The notes below the pieces were generated by a model, which had not been told where the DNA came from, did not search any database, and was given only the letters and a program-made list of their open reading frames with translations. From positions 1 to 32,000 of the forward strand of contig NZ_JBIIOT010000004.1 in NCBI RefSeq assembly GCF_044336785.1: 32,000 nt of DNA, written 5' to 3'. The translations under genes and the position numbers were made by a program. This DNA comes from Tardiphaga sp. (lineage in GTDB: Bacteria; Pseudomonadota; Alphaproteobacteria; Rhizobiales; Xanthobacteraceae). The stretch's first letter is position 1, and each line of letters begins with the position of its first letter. This document shows positions 16,078 through 26,803 of the stretch, piece after piece.

Positions 16078-17103
16078 TTACGCCTTGTCCGGCCCCACGC
16101 GCACCAGCTGCTTGCCAAAATTCTGGCCCTTTAGCAGGCCCATGAACGCCGTCGGCGCGCTGTCCAGGCCTTCGGTGACATATTCGCGATACTTCACTTT
16201 GCCCTCGGCGATCCACTGTGCCATGTCGCGCAGGAAATCGCCATGCATCGACGCGAAATCGCGGACGATGAAGCCGCGGAAGTTGAGGCGCTTGGTGAGC
16301 ACATTGCGCATCATCGCGCCGGCCCATTTCGGCGCGCTCGACTCCGTATCGTTATATTGCGCGATCAGGCCGCAGACCGGGATGCGCGCGAAGAAGTTGA
16401 GCAGCGGAAACACCGCCTCGAACACCTCGCCGCCGACATTCTCGAAATACACATCGATGCCGTTCGGGCAGGCTTCCTTCAGCTTCGCCGCAAAATTGGG
16501 ATCACGGTGATCGATGCAGGCATCGAAGCCGAGTTCTTCAACGACATAGCGGCACTTGTCCGCGCCGCCGGCAATGCCGATGGCCTTGGCGCCTTTGATC
16601 TTCGCGATCTGTCCAACCGCCGAGCCCACCGCGCCCGATGCTGCAGCGACCACCACCGTCTCGCCCGGCTGCGGATTGCCGATCGCCAGCAGCCCCGTAT
16701 AGGCCGTCATGCCGGGCATGCCGAGAATGCCGACTGCCGTGGAGATCGGTGCAATGGCCGGGTCGATCTTGCGCAGGCCCTTGCCGTCGGAGATCGCATG
16801 CGTCTGCCAGCCCGAATGCGACAGCACGATATCGCCGGCCGCAAAGCCAGGATTGTTCGAGGCAACGACCTCACAAACCGTGCCGCCTTCCATCACGCCA
16901 TCCACCGGCACGGGAGCAGCGTAAGACGGGCCGTCATTCATGCGGCCGCGCATATAGGGGTCGAGCGACAGCCAGATCGTGCGCAGCAGCACCTCGCCCT
17001 CGCCGGGCTTTGGCACGGCAAAATCCTCGAGGCGGAAATTCGACGGGCCGGGTTCGCCATGGGGGCGCGATGCGAGAACGACGCGTTTGGCCGATGCGGA
17101 CAT
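16078..17103 (-). CDS. NADP-dependent oxidoreductase, medium-chain dehydrogenase/reductase (YncB/CurA/PTGR-like)
   Basis: 341 aa. Rossmann motif AASGAVGSAVGQIAKIKGA and family-typical ends (...SRPHGEPGPSNFRLE..., ...GKQLVRV). Confidence 0.85.
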   Translation of the reverse strand: MSASAKRVVLASRPHGEPGPSNFRLEDFAVPKPGEGEVLLRTIWLSLDPYMRGRMNDGPSYAAPVPVDGVMEGGTVCEVVASNNPGFAAGDIVLSHSGWQTHAISDGKGLRKIDPAIAPISTAVGILGMPGMTAYTGLLAIGNPQPGETVVVAAASGAVGSAVGQIAKIKGAKAIGIAGGADKCRYVVEELGFDACIDHRDPNFAAKLKEACPNGIDVYFENVGGEVFEAVFPLLNFFARIPVCGLIAQYNDTESSAPKWAGAMMRNVLTKRLNFRGFIVRDFASMHGDFLRDMAQWIAEGKVKYREYVTEGLDSAPTAFMGLLKGQNFGKQLVRVGPDKA

Positions 17104-17144
17104 GGATGTCTCCTGCTGTTTCTTGTTGTGATGAGAGGCTGACG

Positions 17145-17180
17145 CAAAAACGCGGCACGCGATGATCGCGCGCCGCGTTC
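17145..17180 (-). terminator. rho-independent terminator of the 17201-17827 gene
   Basis: Minus strand reads aacgcggcgcgcgatcatcgcgtgccgcgtt followed by tttttgcg, a long GC stem plus T-tract, 21 nt after the stop. Confidence 0.65.
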
Positions 17181-17200
17181 AATTCGTAAACCCGATACTA

Positions 17201-17827
17201 TCAGGCTGCGATCTTTGCGAGCACCGCATCAAATGCCGCAGCCGCGCTGTCGAGATCCTTGAAGGCGAGACCGCCGTCGGCGGACTGCTTCTGCGCCGGG
17301 GTCGCGGTCGGGCGGATTTCCGCCACCGGCTTGCCGCCGTCGAGCATCGCGAGCGGTGCGATGACCTGAAACTCGTGGGATTCGAGCGGCTGGTCCTTGA
17401 GCAGGAACACGCTGAGCGTGACGATGTCCTTGCCGCGGCGATAGGAGATGTAGCGGTCAACGGCCACCGAGCCATCGCGCTGCATGCCGCCGAGTTTGGC
17501 CGAGCCCTTCGAGTCCAGCAGCTTGTGGGCCTTGAAGCCCTTGACGCCTTCGGACTTCGCCTTGGCGGTGGCTTCCGACAGGTCGTATTTCTCGGCCAGC
17601 GTCTTGCCGACGGCCGCGATCTGGTCGGCCATGTCGTGTTCGAACTGTTTTGCTTCGGAGCGCGGCTGGCCGATGCGGCGTGGCTTGTCGGCATTGCGCT
17701 TGGCGAGTTCGGCCGTGCAGATTTCGGCCAGAGCGGCGACATCGCGCTTCAGGGCGTTTTCGCGCAGATTCTTGATCTGCGGGGTCTCCAGCGCGGCGAC
17801 GCGCTCTTCGGTCCATTCGATGGCCAT
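17201..17827 (-). CDS. hypothetical protein
   Basis: 208 aa from ATG 17827 (MAIEWTEERVAAL...), with GGAG 7 nt upstream. Host-like GC3-rich codon usage and its own terminator. I recognised no family. Confidence 0.6.
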   Translation of the reverse strand: MAIEWTEERVAALETPQIKNLRENALKRDVAALAEICTAELAKRNADKPRRIGQPRSEAKQFEHDMADQIAAVGKTLAEKYDLSEATAKAKSEGVKGFKAHKLLDSKGSAKLGGMQRDGSVAVDRYISYRRGKDIVTLSVFLLKDQPLESHEFQVIAPLAMLDGGKPVAEIRPTATPAQKQSADGGLAFKDLDSAAAAFDAVLAKIAA

Positions 17828-18001
17828 GAAAGTCTCCAATGTGCTTGGCGAATATGCGGGCGAGCGGTACCGCGTCAGGCAGTACCGGAACAGGTCTCTT
17901 TACGCGCAAGCGGGAACCCGCACGCGTTTGAGGCGAATACGCGTGCGTTTTGGACCATCGGTAAGGCCCAATTTAGGCAGGAATGCCTAGTTTGTTCCGT
18001 G

Positions 18002-18083
18002 GGCCGGATGAGCGAAGCGTCATCCGCCGATCTGCGTCCAAAGATCGGCCGGCGGATGACGCCTTCGGCTCATCCGCCCTACG
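18002..18083. repeat. REP-like palindrome (gtagggcggatgagc...gtcatccgcc family)
   Basis: ggccggatgagcgaagcgtcatccgccgatct (left arm) pairs with agatcggccggcggatgacgccttcggctcatccgccctac (right arm). Immediately downstream of guaB. A second family member lies at 27228-27312. Confidence 0.85.
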
Positions 18084-18093
18084 CATCCCGCGA

Positions 18094-19593
<1,500 letters not shown>

Positions 19594-19754
19594 TCAGCGG
19601 CCGGTGCCGCGCGTGGGACTGAGGATGCACCAAATCGGCGGCGGTGCATCACCGTCGCCGACTCGTGACCCTCAACATAGGATTGGCGGTGGTCGATAGC
19701 ATGCTGCCCTGCGGAATCAAAGTGTTTGGCAGCCATGCACAGGGATTTTACATG

Positions 19755-20168
19755 TCACTCGATCAGCAGGTCGAGCGGTACCCCGAGAGCCTTGGCCAGT
19801 TTCTTCTGCAGCTCCGCCGGCCCCTTGCGCCGCCCGTTTTCGATCTCGGAGAGGTAATTCGGGCTGATCCCGACTGCGACCGCCAGCTGGCTTTGCAACT
19901 GCTCGCGCCACTCCCGAATGACGCGCACGGGATTATCGCCATCCGCGAGCCGATCTGCGACCTTCTTGGGCAAGACAATGTCCCGGCCCTCTTTCAGGGC
20001 ACGTTGAGATTGGCGTATCAGCCGGCTAGCGGCTGCATCCTCCTGCGCGTCTTCCGCCTGAGCGACCAGCCGCTCATAGTCCGCCCTCGGCAGCACCGCG
20101 AGATCGGCGCCATCCGGCGTTCGCAGGAATTGAACGGCAATCTTGCGCGTGGAATTTGCTTTCGCCAT
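19755..20168 (-). CDS. XRE-family helix-turn-helix antitoxin (HigA-like position)
   Basis: 137 aa. C-terminal HTH_XRE: LQSQLAVAVGISPNYLSEIENGRRKGPAELQKKLAKALGV. It starts 6 nt after the upstream toxin gene. Confidence 0.75.
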   Translation of the reverse strand: MAKANSTRKIAVQFLRTPDGADLAVLPRADYERLVAQAEDAQEDAAASRLIRQSQRALKEGRDIVLPKKVADRLADGDNPVRVIREWREQLQSQLAVAVGISPNYLSEIENGRRKGPAELQKKLAKALGVPLDLLIE

Positions 20169-20174
20169 CTCTCG

Positions 20175-20429
20175 TCACCCGTAAATATCGCGACGATGCC
20201 CGACCGCATGGATCAGCACCGTGTCGTCGATCATCGTAAACAGCACACGCCAATCGCCAACGCGAAGCCGCATACCGGGAACGCCCTTCAGGGCTTTTAT
20301 GTCGCCGGCTCCTGTTGCAGCCCATAACTGCAGCCGGGTGTCTATCTGTGCGCGCGCCGGCTTCGGCAGCTTGCGCCACTGCCGCGATGCTGCCGACGTG
20401 AAGGCGATTTGCTTCGCCAACGCCACCAC
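20175..20429 (-). CDS. RelE/ParE-superfamily toxin (toxin-first, HigB-like arrangement)
   Basis: 84 aa. ...KALKGVPGMRLRVGDWRVLFTMIDDTVLIHAVGHRRDIYG is the typical RelE/ParE C-terminal pattern. Confidence 0.75.
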   Translation of the reverse strand: MVALAKQIAFTSAASRQWRKLPKPARAQIDTRLQLWAATGAGDIKALKGVPGMRLRVGDWRVLFTMIDDTVLIHAVGHRRDIYG

Positions 20430-20439
20430 CCAGATTTAT

Positions 20440-20486
20440 TCGCAGAATGCGATCCCTCAGGCCAGGCGCATATTCGCATTATGCGA
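20440..20486. promoter_or_regulatory. duplicated palindrome TCGCA-N3-TGCGA, candidate operator/promoter of the toxin-antitoxin operon
   Basis: tcgcaGAAtgcga at 20440-20452 and tcgcaTTAtgcga at 20474-20486, with centres 34 bp apart. They lie 11-57 nt upstream of the toxin start, in the divergent region shared with the MFS gene. Confidence 0.45.
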
Positions 20487-20625
20487 TATGCATTGTCACG
20501 CAAGATTTAGAGGTGATGTTAGCGGCCCAGATGGCCCGCTCCCGGACATGGTGTTAAAGCGCGCTGACAAAGCTCAAGAAGAATCGACAGGAATCCGCAC
20601 TGTCTGTCCGGGATACCGCTACCGC

Positions 20626-22116
20626 ATGATGTCCAAGGAACGCCTGATCCCGCTGATCGTCGCCGCCGCCCTGTTCATGGAGAACATGGACTCCACGGTG
20701 ATCGCGACCTCGCTGCCGGCCATCGCCGCTGATATCGGCACCAGCCCGCTGACGCTGAAGCTGGCGATTACGTCCTACCTGCTCTCGCTTGCCGTCTTCA
20801 TTCCCGCCTCCGGCTGGACCGCCGACCGTTTTGGCGCCCGCACCGTGTTCTCGGTTGCCATTGGCGTGTTCATGATCGGCTCGATCGGCTGCGCCCTGTC
20901 GCAGAGCGTCACGCATTTCGTCATCGCGCGCATCATCCAGGGGCTCGGCGGCGCCATGATGACGCCGGTGGGACGGCTCGTCCTGGTGCGCTCCATCGAC
21001 AAGGCCGGGCTCGTCAATGCGATGGCCTGGATGTCCGTGCCGGCGCTGATCGGTCCGGTGATCGGGCCGCCGCTCGGTGGCTTCATCACCACCTATGCAT
21101 CGTGGCACTGGATCTTCCTGATCAATATCCCGATCGGCTTTCTCGGCATCTATCTGGCGCAGCGCTATATCGATCCGATCAAATCGGACAATCCCGAACG
21201 CTTCGACCTGCTCGGCCTCGTGCTGGCCGGCGTCGGCCTCGCCGGCATCGCCTTCGGTCTCTCGGTCGCGGGCCTCAATCTGCTGCCATGGGAAGTCATC
21301 ACCGCGCTGCTGGTCATCGGCACGGTCTCGATGACGCTCTATCTCATCCATGCCAGGCGAACATCATCGCCGGTGCTGGATTTCTCGCTGATGCGCTATG
21401 CGACGCTGCGCGCGGCGATTATCGGCGGCTTCCTGTTCCGGCTTGGCATCGGTGCATTGCCGTTCCTGCTGCCGCTGATGATGCAGATCGGTTTCGGCCT
21501 GTCGCCATTCCAGTCCGGCATGGTCACCTTCGGTTCAGCCGTCGGCGCCATGGGCATGAAGACGCTGGCAACCCGCATCATCCGCGCGTTCGGCTTCCGC
21601 AATGTGATGACCGTCAACGCGATTGTCAGCTCGGTTTTCCTCGCGGTCTGCGCACTGTTCACGATCTCGACGCCGCTGACGCTGATCCTTCTGATCCTGC
21701 TCGTCGGCGGCTTCTTCCGCTCGCTCGAGTTCACCGCCATCAACACCGTCGCCTTTGCCGAGGTCGAGCCCGCGCAACTCAGCCGCGCGACCACCCTCAC
21801 AGCAGTGGCGCAGCAATTATCGATCTCCGCCGGCGTCGCCATCGGCGCGTTCAGCGTGGAAAGCACCATGGTCTGGCGGGGAATGACAGAGTTGTCGGCC
21901 GGCGACTTCGCTCCGGCATTTCTCGTCGTGTCGCTGATCTCCGCGACCTCAGCCTGGTTCTTCTGGCAGATGCCCGCCGATGCGGGCGCTGAAATCTCCG
22001 GCCGCAAGGCCGTCGAGATCGCCAGCCGCAAAGGCGAGAAGAAAGGCGCGGAGCACGCCGCTGCGAAAGCTGCGAGCGAGACGACGGAAGATACGCGGGA
22101 TCAGCGGCTGGGTTAG
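20626..22116 (+). CDS. MFS transporter (DHA2/EmrB-like, about 14 TM)
   Basis: 496 aa from ATG 20626 (MMSKERLIPLIVAAALFMENMDSTVIATSLPAIA...), typical of drug:H+ antiporter-2 MFS proteins. The ORF-track extension back to 20221 overlaps the toxin gene and has non-protein-like composition. Its stop overlaps the convergent rlmE stop (TTAG at 22113-22116). Confidence 0.85.
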   Translation: MMSKERLIPLIVAAALFMENMDSTVIATSLPAIAADIGTSPLTLKLAITSYLLSLAVFIPASGWTADRFGARTVFSVAIGVFMIGSIGCALSQSVTHFVIARIIQGLGGAMMTPVGRLVLVRSIDKAGLVNAMAWMSVPALIGPVIGPPLGGFITTYASWHWIFLINIPIGFLGIYLAQRYIDPIKSDNPERFDLLGLVLAGVGLAGIAFGLSVAGLNLLPWEVITALLVIGTVSMTLYLIHARRTSSPVLDFSLMRYATLRAAIIGGFLFRLGIGALPFLLPLMMQIGFGLSPFQSGMVTFGSAVGAMGMKTLATRIIRAFGFRNVMTVNAIVSSVFLAVCALFTISTPLTLILLILLVGGFFRSLEFTAINTVAFAEVEPAQLSRATTLTAVAQQLSISAGVAIGAFSVESTMVWRGMTELSAGDFAPAFLVVSLISATSAWFFWQMPADAGAEISGRKAVEIASRKGEKKGAEHAAAKAASETTEDTRDQRLG

Positions 22117-22817
22117 TCCTCAGCCTCGTCAGCGCCACCCGGCGTGCCGCGAAAGCCCATCGCGAGCACATAGCGCTCCGACGAATCCTTTCGGCTCGAG
22201 GCCGGCTTCACGTGCTTCACCGACGCAAAGTCGCGCTTGAGCTGTGTCATGAGCGTCGCATCGGCGCCGCTCTGGAACACTTTTGCGACGAAGGTACCGC
22301 CCGGCTTCAGCACATCGCACGCGAACGCTGCGGCGTCCTCGACGAGGCCGACGATGCGGAGCTGGTCGGTCTTGCGATGACCGGTCGTGTTGGCCGCCAT
22401 ATCGGACATCACCACATCGGCGAGACCGCCCATCATCTCTTTCAGCTTCGCCGGCGCGTCGGCATCGAGAAAATCCATTTGTGCGAAGGTGACACCGACG
22501 ATCTCGGGCATTTCCAGAAGATCGATGGCGATCACCTGTCCGCGGCCTTCGGCCGAGCCGACCCGGCGGGCGGCGATCTGGCTCCAGCCGCCCGGGGCAG
22601 CGCCGAGATCGACCACGGAGATGCCCGGCTTCAGGAAGCGGTGCTTGTCGTCCATTTCGATGATCTTGTAGGCCGCCCGCGAGCGCAGGCCGTCTTTCTT
22701 GGCCTGCTGCACATAGGGGTCATTGAGCTGCCGCTCCAGCCAGAGCTTCGACGACAGTTTCATCCTGCCGGCGCTCTTGACCTGGACGCGCATGCGGCCG
22801 GTACTGTCTTTTGCCAT
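22113..22817 (-). CDS. rlmE: 23S rRNA U2552 2'-O-ribose methyltransferase RlmE (FtsJ/RrmJ)
   Basis: 234 aa. WLERQLNDPYVQQAKKDGLRSRAAYKIIEMDDKHRFLKPG, the SAM motif VVDLGAAPGGWSQ, and KVFQG-like motifs. Confidence 0.9.
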   Translation of the reverse strand: MAKDSTGRMRVQVKSAGRMKLSSKLWLERQLNDPYVQQAKKDGLRSRAAYKIIEMDDKHRFLKPGISVVDLGAAPGGWSQIAARRVGSAEGRGQVIAIDLLEMPEIVGVTFAQMDFLDADAPAKLKEMMGGLADVVMSDMAANTTGHRKTDQLRIVGLVEDAAAFACDVLKPGGTFVAKVFQSGADATLMTQLKRDFASVKHVKPASSRKDSSERYVLAMGFRGTPGGADEAED

Positions 22818-22883
22818 CGGTAATTGCTTGCTTTCGGGTTTGGCGGCCCTCTTAGCACGGCCCGTCGCAAAAGCCGAACTGCG

Positions 22884-23951
22884 TTACGATGCCTTGATGA
22901 CGCCGTCCTCGCGCATCATTTCCACCAGCATCCCCTCGCGCAACCCGCGATCGGCGACGCGGAGGCGCGGCAACGGGAACACGGCGCGGATGGCATCGAG
23001 GATGGCGCAGCCGCACAGGACCAGATCGGCGCGATCGGGGCCGATGCACTGGTTGGCCGCTCGTTCGGCGTAGCTCAGGCCCATCAGCTTCACGATGGTC
23101 GCATCGAGTTCGGCATTGTCGAGCCAGATGCCGTCGATGCGGCGACGGTCGTAGCGCAGCAGGCCCTGATGGATGCCGGCCAAAGTCGTCACCGTGCCAG
23201 AGGTGCCGAGCAGATGCATGCCGTCGAGATCGACGCCGTGCTCGGCCGCGAAGGGCGCGACGTGCTGGGCGACCTCGGCGATCATGAGATCGTAGGACTC
23301 GCGGGTGACATTCTTGCCGCCGAATTTTTCAGCCAGCGTGACCACGCCGAGCGGGATCGACATCCATGCCTTGATCAGCGGCCGGCCATTGGGATCGGCG
23401 GCATCGCGCTCGATCCGCACCAGTTCGGACGAGCCGCCGCCGATATCGAACAGGATCGCGCCGCGGCCTTTCGGATCGATCAGCGGCGAGCAGCCGATCA
23501 CGGCGAGACCGGCTTCGGTTTCGCGGTCGATGATCTCCAGCGTAATCCCTGTCGCCTCGGCCACGCGGCTGAGGAATTCATCGGAATTCGACGCGGCGCG
23601 ACACGCTTCCGTTGCGATCAGACGCAGCCGCGTCGCGTTGCGGGCGCGGATCTTGTCGCGGCAAATCGACAGCGCGGCAACAGCGCGATTGATCGCGGCA
23701 TCGGAGATGACACCCGATGTCGAGACGCCCTCGCCGAGGCGGATGATCCGCGAAAACGAATCGATCACGCGAAAGCTGTCGCCGGTGGGGGCGGCGATCA
23801 GCAGACGGCAATTGTTGGTGCCGAGATCGAGCGCGGCATAGACGGCCGGATTGACTGCATCGCTCGCGCGCGCAGCCACCACGGCCCCCTGCTCCGTTCC
23901 CGGCACGTCATTCGGCTCCAGCGAGGGGCGGAGCCGCGTGGTGTCATCCAT
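22884..23951 (-). CDS. Ppx/GppA-family phosphatase (exopolyphosphatase-like)
   Basis: 355 aa. ASKHA-fold motifs DLGTNNCRLLIA, DIGGGSSEL and GTSGTVTTLA. Tandem with rlmE. Confidence 0.85.
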   Translation of the reverse strand: MDDTTRLRPSLEPNDVPGTEQGAVVAARASDAVNPAVYAALDLGTNNCRLLIAAPTGDSFRVIDSFSRIIRLGEGVSTSGVISDAAINRAVAALSICRDKIRARNATRLRLIATEACRAASNSDEFLSRVAEATGITLEIIDRETEAGLAVIGCSPLIDPKGRGAILFDIGGGSSELVRIERDAADPNGRPLIKAWMSIPLGVVTLAEKFGGKNVTRESYDLMIAEVAQHVAPFAAEHGVDLDGMHLLGTSGTVTTLAGIHQGLLRYDRRRIDGIWLDNAELDATIVKLMGLSYAERAANQCIGPDRADLVLCGCAILDAIRAVFPLPRLRVADRGLREGMLVEMMREDGVIKAS

Positions 23952-24136
23952 TCAATCGGTCTTTCCGCGGCTTGTGGCCGGCATGGAAACCATTCTCACG
24001 GAAACTTTAGCAGGGCACGGGATTGGCGCAACCTTCGCACCCGCGCCATGCCCAATCGGACGTTGTGACCGCCGCGCGGGCGTCCTATCTGAGGTGATCG
24101 CCAGGACCGCAAGTCCGGCGCCGTATCGACAGTCAA

Positions 24137-26518
24137 ATGGACGTCCCCATGCAGGATTTTACCGGCTCCCGCGACAATTCCATCGCCATGCAGAAATACG
24201 GGGTCGGTCAGCCCGTCCGGCGCAAGGAGGACGACACGCTGGTGCGCGGCCAGGGCCGCTATACCGACGATCTTCATTTGCCTGGCCAGCTCTATGCCTG
24301 GGTGGTCCGCAGCCCGCATGCCCATGGCGTGATCCGCAAGATCGACACCGAGGCCGCCAAGGCGATGCCCGGCGTGCGCGGCATCTGGACCGGCGCCGAT
24401 ATTGCTGCGGCCGACTACAAGCCCTTCACCGTCGGCCTCCCGATGAAAAGCCGCGATGGCTCGCCGCTGCTGCAGACCAATCGCCAGGCGCTGATGACCG
24501 ATCGCGTCCGCTATGTCGGCGATCCCATCGCCTTCGTCGTCGCGGAGACACTCGCGCAGGCGCGCGATGCCGGCGAAGCCGTCGAGCTCGACATCGAGCC
24601 ACTGCCCGCCGTGACCTCTGCCGAGGACGCGACCAAGCCGGGCGCACCGCAGCTCTATGAGCACATCCCGAACAATGTCGCGCTCGATTATCACTATGGC
24701 GACACCGACGCGATCGATGCGGCCTTCGCCTCGGCTGCGCATGTGACGAAACTCGACATCGAGAACACCCGCGTGGCCGTCGTCTCGATGGAGCCACGCT
24801 GTGCGCTGGCATCGTTCGACAGGGAGACCGAGCGCTACATCCTGCAGGTGCCGACCCAGGGCGTCGCCGGCAATCGCGCCACGCTGGCGCGCCACATGAA
24901 TGTGCCCGCCGAGAAGATGCGCATCCTCACCGGCAATGTCGGCGGCTCCTTCGGCATGAAGAATGTGAGCTACCCCGAATATATCTGCCTGCTGCATGCG
25001 GCAAAGGCGCTGGGCAAGCCGGTGAAATGGCTGGATGAACGCTCATCCAGTTTCCTCTCCGACAGCCAGGGCCGCGCGCAACAGATTCATGCGGAGCTGG
25101 CACTCGACAAGGACGGCAAGTTTCTCGCCGCACGCCTGTCCGGCTACGGCAATCTCGGCGCCTATATCACCGGCGTGTCGCCATTGCCGCTATCGATCAA
25201 TGTCGGCAAGAACCTGCCGAGCGTCTATCGCACGCCCCTGGTCGGGGTCGACATCAAATGCGTGGTCACCAACACGACCCTGATGGGCGCCTATCGCGGC
25301 GCCGGACGGCCCGAAGCGAACTATTTCATGGAGCGCCTGATCGACCGCGCGGCGGACGAGATGGGCATCGACCGGCTCACGCTGCGCAAGCGCAATTTCA
25401 TCAAGCCATCGCAACTGCCTTTTGCGGCGGCGTCGGGCGTCACCTATGACAGCGGCGATTTCCAGGGCGTGTTCGACAAGGCGCTGGCGATTTCCGATCA
25501 TGCCGGCTTTGCCAAACGCAAGCGCGAGGCGAAGAAGCAAGGCAAGCTGCGCGGCATCGCCGTCGGCTCCTATCTCGAAGTCACCGCACCGCCCTCGCCC
25601 GAACTCGGCAAGGTCACGTTCGACCCGGACGGCACCGTGACCATCACCACGGGCACACTGGATTACGGCCAGGGCCATGCGACGCCGTTTGCGCAGGTGC
25701 TGTCGGAGCGGCTCGGCGTGCCCTTCGATGCGATCCGGCTGCAGCAGAATGACAGCGATCTCGTGCGCACGGGCAATGGCACCGGCGGCTCGCGTTCGAT
25801 CACCGCATCGGGCCAGGCGATCGTCGAGGCGTCGGATCTCGTCATCGCCAAGGGCAAGGTTGCTGCCGCACATCTGATGGAAGCGTCCGAGGCCGATATG
25901 GAATTCGAGGATGGCCGCTTCACCATTGCCGGCACCGATCGCTCCATCGACATCATGGAGCTGGCGCAGCGGATGCGCGACGGCAAGCTGCCCGAAGGCG
26001 CCCCGGAGACGCTCGATGTGGATCACGCCAGCGAGGGCCCGCCATCGACCTTCCCCAATGGCTGCCATGTGGCGGAAGTGGAGATCGATCCGGACACCGG
26101 CGTGCTGACCATCGTGCGCTACAGCGCGGTGAATGATTTCGGCACCATCGTCAACCCGATGATCGTTGCCGGCCAATTGCATGGCGGCGTCGCGCAGGGC
26201 ATCGGCCAGGCGCTGATGGAGAAGGTCAGCTACGACAGTTCGGGCCAGCCGATCACCGGCTCCTTCATGGACTATGCGCTGCCACGCGCCGGCGACATTC
26301 CGCTGATGGCCATCGGCGATCATCCGTCGCCCGCCAAGACCAATCCGCTCGGCACCAAGGGCTGTGGCGAAGCCGGATGCGCCGGAAGTCTCGCGACCGT
26401 CGTCAACGCGGTGGTCGATGCGTTGAGTGCGTATGGCGTGACGCATCTCGACATGCCGCTGACATCGGAACGCATCTGGCGTGCGATCCAGGATGGAAAG
26501 ACAGCCGAGGTGGCGTAA
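24137..26518 (+). CDS. xanthine dehydrogenase-family molybdopterin-binding large subunit (CoxL-like, AYRGAGR type)
   Basis: 793 aa. N-terminus [22 protein letters not shown], the motif [20 protein letters not shown], and C-terminal GTKGCGEAG. Start is 24137 or 24149; neither has a clear RBS. Confidence 0.85.
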   Translation: MDVPMQDFTGSRDNSIAMQKYGVGQPVRRKEDDTLVRGQGRYTDDLHLPGQLYAWVVRSPHAHGVIRKIDTEAAKAMPGVRGIWTGADIAAADYKPFTVGLPMKSRDGSPLLQTNRQALMTDRVRYVGDPIAFVVAETLAQARDAGEAVELDIEPLPAVTSAEDATKPGAPQLYEHIPNNVALDYHYGDTDAIDAAFASAAHVTKLDIENTRVAVVSMEPRCALASFDRETERYILQVPTQGVAGNRATLARHMNVPAEKMRILTGNVGGSFGMKNVSYPEYICLLHAAKALGKPVKWLDERSSSFLSDSQGRAQQIHAELALDKDGKFLAARLSGYGNLGAYITGVSPLPLSINVGKNLPSVYRTPLVGVDIKCVVTNTTLMGAYRGAGRPEANYFMERLIDRAADEMGIDRLTLRKRNFIKPSQLPFAAASGVTYDSGDFQGVFDKALAISDHAGFAKRKREAKKQGKLRGIAVGSYLEVTAPPSPELGKVTFDPDGTVTITTGTLDYGQGHATPFAQVLSERLGVPFDAIRLQQNDSDLVRTGNGTGGSRSITASGQAIVEASDLVIAKGKVAAAHLMEASEADMEFEDGRFTIAGTDRSIDIMELAQRMRDGKLPEGAPETLDVDHASEGPPSTFPNGCHVAEVEIDPDTGVLTIVRYSAVNDFGTIVNPMIVAGQLHGGVAQGIGQALMEKVSYDSSGQPITGSFMDYALPRAGDIPLMAIGDHPSPAKTNPLGTKGCGEAGCAGSLATVVNAVVDALSAYGVTHLDMPLTSERIWRAIQDGKTAEVA

Positions 26519-26527
26519 GGCGCTTTC

Positions 26528-26700
26528 TTTTCCCTCCCCAGAGCGCAGCGACTGGGGAGGGTGGATCGATGCGAGCGTTCAGCGAGCATCAAGACGGGTG
26601 GGGTCTATCCCCACGCTCGGTTCGTCGTGGGGATAGACCCCACCCGGCGCTACGCGCCACCCTCCCCGCTGCGCCGCTCCGCGGCTTGAGGGAGGGAAAC
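26528..26700. repeat. cluster of REP-like hairpins downstream of the CoxL-like gene
   Basis: ccctcccca (26532-26540) pairs with tggggaggg (26553-26561). A perfect 20-bp stem forms between gggtggggtctatccccacg (26596-26615) and cgtggggatagaccccaccc (26626-26645). A further ccctcc...gggaggg arm lies at 26660-26697. Confidence 0.8.
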
Positions 26701-26803
26701 CATACGCTCCTGCGCGCTACTTCCGGATCAACCTGTCAAACAGCCACGCTCTCGCAATCTCGCGGCGCTTGCGCGTCCGAGGTGTGAGCCGTTCTCCCCC
26801 CGA

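Noticed and set aside
15767-16510. 247-aa plus-strand ORF and the 15517-16014 N-terminal extension containing VPAFAGTT/VPAFAGMT
   Set aside because: These peptides are translations of the gggtccccgctttcgcgggga REP hairpins. The remainder is antisense to the oxidoreductase gene.
20221-20625. 405-nt N-terminal extension of the MFS transporter ORF
   Set aside because: It overlaps the RelE/ParE toxin gene on the opposite strand and the operator region. The translated sequence is non-hydrophobic and Arg/Ser/Cys-rich. The typical MFS N-terminus starts at ATG 20626.
22824-26446. Long ORFs 22824-24068 (+), 23996-24997 (-) and 25190-26446 (-)
   Set aside because: They are antisense to ppx/gppA and to the CoxL-like gene. 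The real genes carry family motifs, whereas these are Arg/Gly/Asp/His-rich shadows.
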